A stretch of DNA of 64,000 nt, from NCBI GenBank assembly GCA_000002445.1, contig CP000067.1:864001-928000 (forward strand). Direction: 5' to 3'. The translations under genes and the position numbers were made by a program. This document shows positions 1 through 10,913 of the stretch, piece after piece. Numbering within the stretch: position 1 is the stretch's first letter; every line of letters begins with the position of its first letter. Source of the DNA: Trypanosoma brucei. Lineage: Eukaryota. The notes below the pieces were generated by a model. It saw nothing but the letters and a program-made list of their open reading frames with translations, was not told the DNA's origin and ran no database searches.

Positions 1-1212
1 TACGTTTGGATTCCAACGAGTATATCCTTGTTACTATCACATGAAGCTTCAAAAGCCCTGTAATCTACGAAGTTCCGTACGCCAAGAGCCTCGCCCTTTT
101 GCCCACGGAAGACCGCCCTGTGTCCCGCCAAATCCACTTCCACAGTGGTATAGCCACTGATGTCCCCTTCTGCGCGCGAATGCAAAAAGTAAAAGCGCAC
201 CGCCATCGTGACTCCAAACAAACACGAAAAGATGACCAACATCCGTACACGTCTCGCCTTGCGTGCCTTGGCTGAAATAATGGCTATGAGCATACGCTCG
301 TCAGAAGACATTGCGTAGGCACGATTCACAGATTCCGAAGAAGGGCGTGAAAATGGAAGCCTCCGCAGTAACGACACCGAGTAAAATGCCTCAAAACCTT
401 TGGGGTAGCGTTTCTCAGATGAGAGCCCCGGCGCGCGCCCGACAGCGGCATTGCTATCACTGGTGTTGGTATTGCTGGTATTGTTGTTGCTTCTGGACTT
501 TGAGGAAACACCTCCTGCAACTGTTGCCTTCTCGCCCTCCTTCGGTGCGTCGGCCTTTCCGTCACTATTGCTGCCAGTTGCACAAAAACACTTGGATGTT
601 TGAAGGGCCGCCGCGGCAAATGACAAGTGGGCTGATCGGGGTATCCTAAACATATTGTACACCCGCGCCCAGACACCTACGGGTGCAAAGAAAAGATAAA
701 CTTAACTTATTTGCCCGCATGGCGGGGCATGGCGTGGCGTAAAACCGAAGGAAAGAGAAAAAGGAGACGAGTACACACGGAAGCCACATGGTGCAGGACG
801 GAACCACACTCCACGTGGATCTGTTATAGACACGATCGTCAATTTACACCGAGGCGCAATAACATTTCTTTCTTTTTTAACGTGCATATATTCTGGTATT
901 CACACGCAGAGTTGAAACCGGTAATAACACAATAATGACAGTAAACAAACACCGAAGTTTCTGGCGACCACCTGTGCGTGGAGAGCTTCGTTGGGAAGTG
1001 GAAGATTTAAAAAAAAAACATGCATCACTTATTTGACAAGAAGAAAAGTAAAGGGGCCCCGAAACGAAAATGGACCCAGTGAAGTCAACAGATCACAACA
1101 ACCAATATCATAATGTTCAGGATTATTATTCCATTAGAAGGCAGTCACCGGCCGAAACGAAGGGATGACGCAGACGCACGCACACCAATTAACAATCGTT
1201 CGATTATTTCAT

Positions 1213-3234
1213 TCACAACGCCCTCTGGCATGGAGATGAGCGAGTCACAAAACTCTCTATGCGCCGAGTTTGTTCATCAAGCTCCCTTGACTGTGCATAG
1301 AAGCGGCGCAACAGCTCTACAGCCCGCTCTGCCGACTTCCTCCTCTTTTCCTCCGTGGCTTCAAAAAATGCAAGGCGAATAAAATCATCGGCCATTTCTA
1401 CATGATCCGTCCCATAAAGCGTATTATCCAACTCCACCTTCTTTACGAGGTGCTCCACACATTTCCCATCATCTCTTAACCGGTTGAAAGCCTTTGCGAG
1501 GGCCATGTGGACTTTTGGAACCATAGTTTGAGGTGGCCTCGGCGGTGGGCACAAATGCTCCATTGTGAGGGCATAACTCTGCGAAAGGACATTTACCGCG
1601 GTCTCAAACTGACCCTCACGTATCAAACGACATCCTTTTTGGTACAAATCACTCGCCTGAATGTAATACGCCTTTTTCTCAGACGTGACGCTTTCATCCT
1701 TGTCATCACGGCAGGCGCTACACTCGCACAAGAAGCCACACCGCTCAACCAGCGAGCGGCGGCGAGTGTGGGCACTTACAGCTTTATACTTTGTCATGTT
1801 GTGATAAGCAATGGTGAGTTCCTCCCCTGCCTGAACAGAACGTATGGCACGGATACAGAGTTGCAAAGAACATCCAAGAGGGTTTCCCACAAATGATGCA
1901 AAACAGTTTGGTTGACATGAGTGACGGAAGCGCGCTGCAGTAACGTACACCGCCTTTCCCACTGGTATGGTGCGTGACTCATCGATAAGAGCCTCGCGTG
2001 TCTCCGTGTTAATGTTGATCTGCGTACCGGTATGAAACTTCAGCTCGAACGCAGAGAGCGTAACTTGACGTTGGGCTAATCGTAAGCGATCCGCACCATC
2101 CGCATCCGCGGCACCAAGCACCAGAGCTAATAAACTCACTGCTGTCTCATAACCCCCAATAACTGCTGCGGGATACAACTCACCTGTAAAGTTGCTGCGA
2201 AGGGGAAGCTCCTCACCACGCAATACCTGCTCCGATCGCAGCATTCGGCACGCCACCAACGCATCGACGGGACACAAATGAAAGAAGGCGTTAGTGGTTT
2301 CGTATTGCCCATCACGCTCCCAACTTGTGGCGGCGCAAACTTCACTGCAGAAAAGACCCCGAGCCGACTTGCCACGCGAGCGGTAAGCGGCACCCGAGTA
2401 GAGAAGCCGAGTAGCCTTTAAGCAAAAGCAACACCGCACCCCCCAATGATCATCATACAATGCGTAAGCAACAGGAACCTCCCTGATGATATCCCCGGGA
2501 TCCAAAGGACCCTTCGCCACAACACCACTCACTCCCGTCCCATATGAAATATTTGCAGAACCAGAAACAACGGTAGCGTTTCCGCAAACAACATTGCCAC
2601 TGGAACCATCGCAACATCCGTCACTCCTACCGGCGTGAAGAATTTTCTTCACAACCTCCTCTCCATTCGCACCTGATGCCTCCTCTCTGGAAGCCGCCTC
2701 CATATCCTTCGTGCCTTCCTCAATAAATCCCAAGCGCTGCAAACAGGAGCCGCGCCTCTGGAGAGCTTTCCAGTACGATGGCGTAAGTGTAAAGGCGGCA
2801 TGAGCATCGGCCAGTGCCTCTGTGATGCGACCTTGTGCCATGAACGCTGCACTGCGGTTATTAATAAGTGCTGCCAATGTATCATCTTCACTAGCTGACA
2901 TCATTCCGCGAGTATACATGAGGATGCATTCTTCCAATTTCTTGCAACTATATGCATCATTCCCCCGACTCTTCCACTCCAGCGCATCGGTGTCGTTAAC
3001 ATTACATGCATGACTTACCCCCGCCTCCAAACTCTTCAGTGCGTTCACAACACCGGCCTTATCTTCTGCTTCTCGCAAGTATTTTAATGTTTCCTCAACT
3101 GGTTTCAAACCACTTCCAGGAGGAAACTCTTTGGATAACGTTAATAACATATCCCTCCATGAACCCAACTGAGCTGCGGCCTCTCGTCTAGCGGCAGCCT
3201 GCGCCGCAACCTCAGGGGACACACCACCACTCAT
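1213..3234 (-). CDS. SET-domain protein methyltransferase with N-terminal TPR-like region, Cys-rich MYND-like insertion and post-SET motif (SMYD-like), 673 aa
   Basis: Long ORF. SET signature 'RFRHSCQPNCFASF' (NHSCxPN-like) and 'GEELTIAYHNM'. Post-SET Cys cluster 'CGFLCECSAC'. Cys/His cluster 'CCFCLK...LFCSEVC...FFHLC' fits a MYND-type zinc finger loosely. TPR-like 'WKSRGNDAYSCKKLEECILMY'. Purine-rich run (polyY on coding strand) lies just upstream at 3301-3360. Confidence 0.6.
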   Translation of the reverse strand: MSGGVSPEVAAQAAARREAAAQLGSWRDMLLTLSKEFPPGSGLKPVEETLKYLREAEDKAGVVNALKSLEAGVSHACNVNDTDALEWKSRGNDAYSCKKLEECILMYTRGMMSASEDDTLAALINNRSAAFMAQGRITEALADAHAAFTLTPSYWKALQRRGSCLQRLGFIEEGTKDMEAASREEASGANGEEVVKKILHAGRSDGCCDGSSGNVVCGNATVVSGSANISYGTGVSGVVAKGPLDPGDIIREVPVAYALYDDHWGVRCCFCLKATRLLYSGAAYRSRGKSARGLFCSEVCAATSWERDGQYETTNAFFHLCPVDALVACRMLRSEQVLRGEELPLRSNFTGELYPAAVIGGYETAVSLLALVLGAADADGADRLRLAQRQVTLSAFELKFHTGTQININTETREALIDESRTIPVGKAVYVTAARFRHSCQPNCFASFVGNPLGCSLQLCIRAIRSVQAGEELTIAYHNMTKYKAVSAHTRRRSLVERCGFLCECSACRDDKDESVTSEKKAYYIQASDLYQKGCRLIREGQFETAVNVLSQSYALTMEHLCPPPRPPQTMVPKVHMALAKAFNRLRDDGKCVEHLVKKVELDNTLYGTDHVEMADDFIRLAFFEATEEKRRKSAERAVELLRRFYAQSRELDEQTRRIESFVTRSSPCQRAL

Positions 3235-3262
3235 TTCACTAAGCTTCCCGCTACTGCAATAT

Positions 3263-3324
3263 ATAAATTATACCAATACACACAAACACACACACACATA
3301 TACACAGAAAGAGAGAGAGAGAGA
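3263..3324. repeat. compound microsatellite (CA)n then (GA)n
   Basis: 'atacacacaaacacacacacacata...cagaaagagagagagagagaaaaaaaaaaa'. Confidence 0.8.
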
Positions 3325-3360
3325 AAAAAAAAAACGGAGAAAAAAAAAAAGAGAAAAAGT
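3301..3360 (-). promoter_or_regulatory. polypyrimidine tract (coding-strand sense) upstream of SET gene start; candidate trans-splicing / upstream-gene polyadenylation signal
   Basis: +strand 'agagagagagagagaaaaaaaaaaacggagaaaaaaaaaaagagaaaaag' is a long C/T run on the transcribed minus strand, 70-120 nt upstream of the ATG at 3234. Confidence 0.45.
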
Positions 3361-3732
3361 GTGTGTCTCATTTTCGGAAGTCGCAGATAATTGAGGGACG
3401 TTACAAATGTCATGAGAAGTGGTAAAGTCAAATGAGCATCCCCATGCAATACTTTTAACGGAAAATAATAACAACGCGTACATTACACATACAAAACATA
3501 CACACACACACACACACTTACACATATACGCGCGCACGCACAGATACGTATACGTTTTAAATGTGGCACGACCCCACTCAGAACCTTTTTTTTTCCTTTG
3601 AAAAGGGAAAACGAAACAAAAAAAAAAGAGTAAAAAAATTTATGGGGAATGAAAAACCCGCACACGCAAGCCTTTTCACTTCTCCCCGTACGTGGCCTCA
3701 CACGCACAGAGATGAAATAAAATAAAATAAAG

Positions 3733-3762
3733 ATGGAAATGGAAATAGAAATGGAAATGGAA
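3733..3762. repeat. hexamer repeat (GGAAAT/AGAAAT)5
   Basis: 'ggaaatggaaatagaaatggaaatggaa'. Confidence 0.8.
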
Positions 3763-5009
3763 CTACTGCAGACTACGAAGTGCTGAAAGCCGAAAGAATA
3801 AAGGGAGGAGTGATGATGTCTCCACCATTCATTCTTTTTTTAATGTATATATTTTTTATATCTTTTTTTTCCCCCTTTTAAAAGAGAAAAAAAAAAAGAG
3901 GAGCACAATTCATATCACAATCCATTTCCCGGGGGCCCCACACCATAAGAAGTTCGTAGTTGATCATTCGGTTGCTCAGCGGCGTCGGCGATACAAATTA
4001 AAGGAAATTAAAACAAAGAAAGAAAAAGAAAAAGAAAAATAAGGAAAAAAGAAGAAACATGTCAGAAAAGAAGCAGGTTCTGCTTATGAGTATTATGACC
4101 TTCCACTATGCGTATATATTTATGTAAGTATATATGTAAGTGCGTGTGTGTGCTTGTGTGCATTTTTTTCTTTTCTTTTTCTTTTTTTTTTATTTTTTGT
4201 GTCCTGTTGTTGCTTGTCCGTTGTTGTACAGTTTCCCGTAATGATGTTGAGGGGGAAATAAATTATGAAAAGGAATTTAAAAAAAGAAAAAAAGAAAAAC
4301 GGGGGCAAAAAGAACTGGCGCGCGGTAACAGGAGACATAAACGTAAGGAAGGGGAAAGAAAGAGACGGAGAATGGAAATTAATAATAATAATAATAAACA
4401 GTCGCTCGTTGAACCTTTCGCACAACTAAACGTCATCACCACTTCTTTCTTGTTTCTTTTTATTTTGTTTTATTCACGTAAACAAAACTTTAAAAAAAAC
4501 GAAAAGAGAAGAGAAGAAAAAAGGAAAAAGAGGGAAAAACAAAAAAAAGGGGGGGAAGGAGTGGTAGCGCGTAATTTTTTTTAAAAAAAAAACTTTGGCT
4601 AACGGTCATGTCGGGCCTCACCGTAGTCACGGCCAAATAAAAAGAAAAAAAAACAATAAAAACAAGATAAACTTTTTTCTCTTCAATAAAGAAGAAAAAT
4701 AAAGAGGAGGAATGGAGTGAAGTGAAACTTATATCCATCTCTACGTTTTGGCCACTCGTTGAACACACTTTTTTTTTTGTTTAAAACACAGACACATAAA
4801 TGCCTACCACCTCCCTCTACAAATACACACATATATAAATAAACATATATGAATATATATATATATATGTATGTTAAATCTCACATGTGTGCAACTGCGT
4901 GCTGTAATCACTTCCACTCACACGTCAAAATTCCCACCATTCTCTTTTTTTTCCCCCTTTTTCGTTCCCCTTCCTTCTTTTGTTGTTTCCTTCATTGTCG
5001 TTTTGTTAT

Positions 5010-5050
5010 CTTGTTATCTTGTCTTGTCTTGACTTGACTTGACTTATCAT
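5010..5050. repeat. pentamer/hexamer repeat (CTTGT/CTTGAC)n
   Basis: 'cttgttatcttgttatcttgtcttgtcttgacttgacttgacttatc'. Confidence 0.75.
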
Positions 5051-5335
5051 GTTTCTTTTTGTTGTTGTTTTTTTTTTGGGGGGGGGGGTTTCGTTTTTGT
5101 TTTCATTCTTTCCATTTTTTTTTAATTCTATTTTTTCTTTTTTCGTATTCTTTTTCTTTTTCTTAATTTCCTCTCTTTCCTAACAAAAACTCTTTTTTTC
5201 TATGTACAGAGGCAATATGCCATATCTTTCTTCTTTATATATATATATATATATATTTATTTATTTAATTTATTTTTTATTTATTGACCTCCACTTCAAT
5301 TTTTTTTTTTCACTTCGCTTCCCATTTGCGCTCGC

Positions 5336-6058
5336 TCATTCGCATGTGCCGAAGTATCGGTCGCCAAAATCCCCTAAACCGGGAACAATATATTTTCTTG
5401 AATCCAGTCCAGGATCTAGCGCAGCGGAGACGACATTAACATGTGGGAATGCAGTTAAATATCGACGAAGGCCCTCAGGGCAGGAAATGAGGTTGAGGAA
5501 AATAATATTCTCCTCTGGTACATTATATTCATTAATAAGTATCTCTGTTGCCTTAATAACACTACCACCGGTGGCAATCATCGGATCCAGCAGCAGCACA
5601 TGGCGCCCGCTCACATCACTGGGAATCTTGCTGTAATTAAAACGCTCATCAGGTGCCTTTTCCAAACTCTTCTCATCACGCTGAACGAGGATTTTTCCAA
5701 TACGAACACCTCGGCAAGTTTCCCGCAACACACGTTCCATAGCCTCGCCAGCACGTAAAATACTGATGCCAATTATTCCTTGTCCATCTGTCATACAACC
5801 CTGATATTTAGAACCTGTGGGTGTGATGACATCATATGGAATGGTGGGAATGAGATTAAGTGCCGCCTCCACAATGAGGCGAATGATACGCTCGCTGTAA
5901 AAAACAAAGTCGGTGCGACCCGTTTCTCTCTGTCGTATTATGGTGAAGAGATAATGAAGTTGATTCGTCTGAGGAAGCAGGTGGAAAGTCGGAAATTCCT
6001 TCAAGAGCGCTTCCTCCTGTTCATTGTAATTCCTTCCCGCGTTGTCGTGTAGAGCCAT
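5336..6058 (-). CDS. UPRT: uracil phosphoribosyltransferase (UPRTase), 240 aa
   Basis: Canonical PRTase/UPRT motifs 'LLLDPMIATGGSVIKA' (PRPP-binding) and C-terminal 'YIVPGLGDFGDRYFGT' (uracil-binding loop). Length typical of UPRT. Confidence 0.85.
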   Translation of the reverse strand: MALHDNAGRNYNEQEEALLKEFPTFHLLPQTNQLHYLFTIIRQRETGRTDFVFYSERIIRLIVEAALNLIPTIPYDVITPTGSKYQGCMTDGQGIIGISILRAGEAMERVLRETCRGVRIGKILVQRDEKSLEKAPDERFNYSKIPSDVSGRHVLLLDPMIATGGSVIKATEILINEYNVPEENIIFLNLISCPEGLRRYLTAFPHVNVVSAALDPGLDSRKYIVPGLGDFGDRYFGTCE

Positions 6059-6206
6059 ATTATAAAATATTCTTAAACTTACCTACTTACTTCTCTTTCC
6101 CTCTCTTTTTTTCCTTTTCTTCTTCTATCTTATTGATAAAGTGTCTCTACTTTCTTCACTTCCTCCTCCCTTCAAGTGCTTGTGGGACGCGTACCGTGAA
6201 ATTAAT

Positions 6207-6275
6207 TACAAGCACAAGAAGGGAAAGATAAATTAAGGAAGGAAGGAAAGAAAGAAAAAATAGACAAACAACCAA
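6207..6275 (-). promoter_or_regulatory. polypyrimidine tract upstream of UPRT; candidate trans-splice signal
   Basis: +strand 'agaagggaaagataaattaaggaaggaaggaaagaaagaaaaaatagacaaacaacc' is a pyrimidine run on the minus strand about 150-200 nt upstream of the ATG at 6058. Confidence 0.4.
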
Positions 6276-6947
6276 CTCCTGAAGTCGCTGTTGCAAATCA
6301 ACTGAAAGCGCGCTGTCCCCTTCCATAACTCATGTCTTCACACAAATGTTGCGAAGCTGCGGGTAACGGAAGCTCTCAAATGGAAATTTACATGGCGCAA
6401 ATTAAAATAATCCCGCACTATGCGAGTAAATGTTGAAAAAAAAAAAGCAACAACAACAGAGATAGAAACACACACAAGTACATACATACACACACACATA
6501 CACACACATTAATTCACCGTTCGCGTGAGCCCGACCAATGAAATAAAAGAAAAAAAAGCCTACGAGGTGCGGGTGAAAATACGCCTGCTAACAAATCAGA
6601 ATCCCAGCGGAATCAAGATGTGTCCCCCCCCCTAAAAAAAAAAAAAAAAGAGAAGAAGCGACAATAACTTTCCTTCTCTCTTACGTTCGTCTTAGTTGCG
6701 TGCCGGCATCTCTGTTATCTTTACTCCTGCTTTTCCTCTTTTTTCCTCATTTCCTTTTTCTTTTTCTTTTTGCTTGCCTCTTTCTCTTCTACTTTTCTGT
6801 TCTTCAGACCACAAACACAAACACAGATGCACATGTACATGTACACACGAACGTGTGCCACTGGAAACAAACAAAAGCAAAGAAAGAAAGAAAGAAAGGG
6901 GGGAAAAACAAAACAAAACATGATGCCGAAGGAAAGCTGTAAGAATT

Positions 6948-7532
6948 CTAACGATGATTTGAGAGAAAGTTCATGAAATCTTCCAAACTGATTTTCCCGT
7001 CGTTATCGAAATCTGCTGGGCGGATGAGGAGCGTCAACTCATTTGGTGACAAATCCCCAAATCCAATAGTTTTCATAATATCCGCCAGCACCACAACATC
7101 CACCGAACCGCTGCCCTGCGGATCATAAATTCGAAATGCTTCGCGTATGGGATCAAAACGCAAACTTCCGGCAACTGCTGGCGGCATGGCCGTCCGTGTG
7201 GTGTTGAAGTTGTCAATAATATTCCATAACGTGTCTACTGTAAAAGGGGCGCCACTCGCTTCATCAAGAAGGAATTTATACTCGGATGATGTCATATTGG
7301 GGTAAAATGCTGAAAGACGTTCCTTAAGTGTAGCCGGCTTTAGGCATTTATGGTTATGCAAATCAAAAAAAGCGAAGGCCGCTTCCACATCAGCACGGCT
7401 AAGTGTTACGTTTGGATCCTTCACAGCATTTGTCACAGATGAAGTGGAAGCATTTTTGCTGCTGTCGCCTACAGTTCGCGTAGAGGCTGAAGCAGGCATC
7501 GGTGGTGGGCTTTTAACTAAATGCAAATCCAA
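6948..7532 (-). CDS. EF-hand calcium-binding protein (calmodulin/centrin-like fold), 194 aa
   Basis: Canonical EF-hand loop 'DFDNDGKISLEDF' at the C-terminus. Second loop-like 'YDPQGSGSVDVVVLADIM'. Degenerate third 'FDLHNHKCLKPATL'. N-terminal about 50 aa is Ser/Thr-rich low complexity. Confidence 0.55.
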   Translation of the reverse strand: MDLHLVKSPPPMPASASTRTVGDSSKNASTSSVTNAVKDPNVTLSRADVEAAFAFFDLHNHKCLKPATLKERLSAFYPNMTSSEYKFLLDEASGAPFTVDTLWNIIDNFNTTRTAMPPAVAGSLRFDPIREAFRIYDPQGSGSVDVVVLADIMKTIGFGDLSPNELTLLIRPADFDNDGKISLEDFMNFLSNHR

Positions 7533-8258
7533 ATAATCAAATGCACAACTAAAAAGTGTATGAAGCGTATGTAATCGCTCAAACTAAAGTCAACGCATGC
7601 TCACGTGAGAGGTGAAGACGAAAACACAGAAAAATGGAAAAGAGAGAAGGAAATAAAGCACCTGAAGTGAATCGATGCAGTCAAAAAAGTGTCTGTTCAA
7701 CATGCAGGAAACATATATATATATATATTGTAAACGCAGTTGAGCTGTGAGCACACCAACGGGCGTTTAAATTAAAAATAATTAAGAGAAAAATCAAAAA
7801 CGAATGGCAAAACGATGGAACGCAATAAAACTATAAATAGAAAAAATACTAGAAACGAAAAACAAATAAATAATAAGAACATGAGTAATAAGAATGATAA
7901 CAATAATGACAGAAACATCCGCGCGCACCGACAAAACAAAAAATGAACTGCAATGTGAAGAGAAGTTAACAAAGTTTCACAGATATCGCGCAGAACACAT
8001 TCCAGTGATGAGTGACACACCGTAGCTGCAGAAGACAGAGAAACACAAAATGCAGACACCCTTTGATGCAGAACAGTTGCCTTCGAGAAAAGGCAACAGG
8101 GAAGTCAACCAAAGGAAAAGAAGAAAACTATGTCCGCAAAACAAAACGAAGGGGGAAAACTTTAAAAAAAAAAAGATCCAACACACAGAACAAACGCCCG
8201 CACTGAAATTGGTCACTCGTACACACAAACAAATGTACATATGTGTACTAAACTCATT

Positions 8259-9569
8259 TTAGCGTGCACATCCCTCTTTGAAAGACGGCGGCGCCGGAAG
8301 GTGCCGCTGACGAAACGGCCCACAAACTGTTGTGGGCATTCTGTTGGCCAACATGAGGGCCATAACTTGTGCCCGTGTCTTTCGTTTGTTCATCCACACC
8401 ACTTCATTTTTCATCGCACCATCCACAACGTGGCCACTGAGCTCCGCGCGACGCTGAACCCGCCGTCTCACACTGGACTGGCGCACGCGCAATAAAGTGA
8501 TGATTGGGTCCAATTGGCGGCGATGGCGATTACAGATGAATCCCCAGTGATTGCGGCGTCCATAGCAACGGGGACACTTCAACTCTCCTTCCCACCGCGG
8601 CAAAAGGGCATTGACACTCGCAATTGCATCCTCCACCTCGAGCATTGTATCGGTTGATAGACATCTAAATCGACAGGTGTGAGGGAGCTCCCGTACCCTC
8701 TCAACCTCCACAATGTGTGCTGTGAGAAAATCGTGAACCAACGCTTCAGGAAGCCACAATTTGAATGTTATGCCGTTGTTTCCCGCGGCAGCACGCGGTA
8801 GAAGCGAAACAAAAAACATCGGACATTTCCACCCAATGGGCACGCGCCTCGGCACTTTATCCCCACGTTCCGTCCTCATTGGTGGCTCATCTAAACGACT
8901 TCCTTCAGGCGCAAAAGTGAGTTTCTCCCATAGCGCCTGTGCTTCGCCCGCCAGACTTCGCATGGCCGTGCGTTGAAAGTGCCGGAAGGGTAACCGACTC
9001 CCCCCCGTTCTGATATGCTCATGGAATATTCGAGAATAAACGGAACGGATTTCCTGAGGGCGAGGACAAACCATTCCAGCGAATGGCCCTCTGCTTCCCC
9101 CATGCCTCGCCGTATCGATCGTTTGGTTATAGTCGACGTGTGTGACATGTTGAGTGATGACAACCGGAGCGACTTCGAAACGACAAACACGACGTACCAT
9201 ACGGCATGCGGCACCGCCGCCGGCACTGGGGGGCTGAGAGCGCAACTTAATGGTTCGCCGCTCTTCGGCTGCAGGCGGGTGTCTACGGACGATCCAGGCG
9301 AGAGTGTGCCGCAGGCCGTAAGCTCCGCTGCAAAACTGCATGTGCAACTGACAGCCTTTGCAGTTGGGGCAGCGAATGCATGGTGAAACAAAGGGACGAG
9401 TCACAGGAAAGGAGAAGCATCTGTGAAGTGGACTAACGGCAGCTGCCATTTCACCAAGGGAAAAATAAATGCGCACCGAATCCGATGACGGGTGAGAACG
9501 GCTTTCTGGTCCAGCGTCTTCATTGAATGGAAGCGCCTCTTTGTTGTGAGTAGGGAAAGGCAAGTTCAT
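8259..9569 (-). CDS. hypothetical protein, 436 aa (Cys/His clusters, possible zinc-binding)
   Basis: Long uninterrupted ORF on the same strand as all neighbours. Contains 'CIRCPNCKGCQLHMQFC' and 'CPRCYGRRNHWGFICNRH'. No family recognised by eye. Confidence 0.4.
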   Translation of the reverse strand: MNLPFPTHNKEALPFNEDAGPESRSHPSSDSVRIYFSLGEMAAAVSPLHRCFSFPVTRPFVSPCIRCPNCKGCQLHMQFCSGAYGLRHTLAWIVRRHPPAAEERRTIKLRSQPPSAGGGAACRMVRRVCRFEVAPVVITQHVTHVDYNQTIDTARHGGSRGPFAGMVCPRPQEIRSVYSRIFHEHIRTGGSRLPFRHFQRTAMRSLAGEAQALWEKLTFAPEGSRLDEPPMRTERGDKVPRRVPIGWKCPMFFVSLLPRAAAGNNGITFKLWLPEALVHDFLTAHIVEVERVRELPHTCRFRCLSTDTMLEVEDAIASVNALLPRWEGELKCPRCYGRRNHWGFICNRHRRQLDPIITLLRVRQSSVRRRVQRRAELSGHVVDGAMKNEVVWMNKRKTRAQVMALMLANRMPTTVCGPFRQRHLPAPPSFKEGCAR

Positions 9570-10913
9570 TTACCTTCTCTTGATCCGCTTCCTTCCGTTT
9601 CCTTCTCGCCTGTTTATGGCCAAACAATACGGAGCGGAAACAGTTTTTGCACTACATTCCGAAACCAAGAAGGGACCCACAAAGGTGGGGAGATAAAAAT
9701 GGAAAGAAGGTGTAAGTGGCTAATGATGATCAGACAACATTGCACGAAACCGCAGTTCAATGTCGTACTTTCATACCGTTCTTATTCAAAACCCCTCCAT
9801 TTTCCTCCCTCTCTAACCCTGACATTCTCAGTCGACTAGTTTTCCAGCAAAGCAAAATGAAGGGGAGAAAGCAACGCACCCCCAGGCAACTAGGACGTGA
9901 AAGAGGGCAATAAACATATGCATTCGCGTGGCCACAGAACGGTGGTACCCCCGCACATACACACACACACATACGCGTATGAAGACCACCCCGCCTCAGA
10001 TGTTTGCTTCACTTCGAAAACAAATCCATTGATGCGAGAAAAGAAGGTCATGTGCCACGCAAATGCAAGTCAAGGCAAGAAACACTGCGCACGTAGACTT
10101 TATTCTCTCAGTTTACTGCCCCACGCTCTCAACACCACATCCCCTATCCTTCTTTCCACGACTTCCAGTGATCTCCGCACCCCAGCATTATCCTGTACAT
10201 CACTGACAGCTTTGCGCCCCAGTGATTTTCCACTTCACTTTGCGCACTTTCGCATGTGCTCGCGCGCGAATGTGCAGGTCTGAATAAAAAGGCAGAGTGA
10301 GACAGTGTCGTTGTCTTTACCACAGAGGCATGAGATGTTCGCATGCGATTAGCTTTGGGTTTAACTTAGTTGTCCTTTCTGGACTTATATTTAGTGTGAG
10401 GACGTTCCACGATAACACCATTCAGTCAAGGTGCAAAAAAGGGGGGAAGGGATTGAAACAACTTGCCCTACGCATGTACCCAACCAAAACCCACGAGGCA
10501 TTGCAGGCGCTTGCCGTGCTTTTCATGTCCCGTCCGCGTCGCCCACAACTCAGTTATCTGACAGTGTGGCTGATCATCCAAAGAATATACGCATGCTTTG
10601 TTATAACCATCCCAATAGGCGTACACGTGTGGACCAACATCCACATATGTGTAAGAAAAAGTATAAGCTATATGTGTTTTGAACATTGACCCCCGTCGTC
10701 CTCCTCTTCTTTATACTCGCCCTCCACTTACCCACGCGCGCATTCACACATTCTTCCTTCGCTCCTTCCCGATTCATCAACCCATCAAAATGACTACCTA
10801 CTTCCCTCTTCCTCACACCTTTACTTACCGAACTTGCCGTTCATAAACACGCAAATATCCTCAAATCATCACCACAACCGAGGCGTCAGTCCCTCACGCA
10901 CTGAGTTAGCAAT

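Noticed and set aside
65-676. Short minus-strand ORFs at the window edge (65..250 and 326..676), with an overlapping plus-strand ORF at 311..649.
   Set aside because: They are GC-rich and contain a short degenerate repeat ('tggtgttggtattgctggtattgttgttg'), with no domain motif. They could be the 3' region or UTR of a gene truncated by the window start, so no confident call was made.
3235-5335. Bacterial-style promoters, ribosome-binding sites and rho-independent terminators.
   Set aside because: The gene content and organisation are eukaryotic/kinetoplastid, and per-gene sigma-70 promoters or Shine-Dalgarno sites are not expected. Only polypyrimidine tracts were annotated as putative processing signals.
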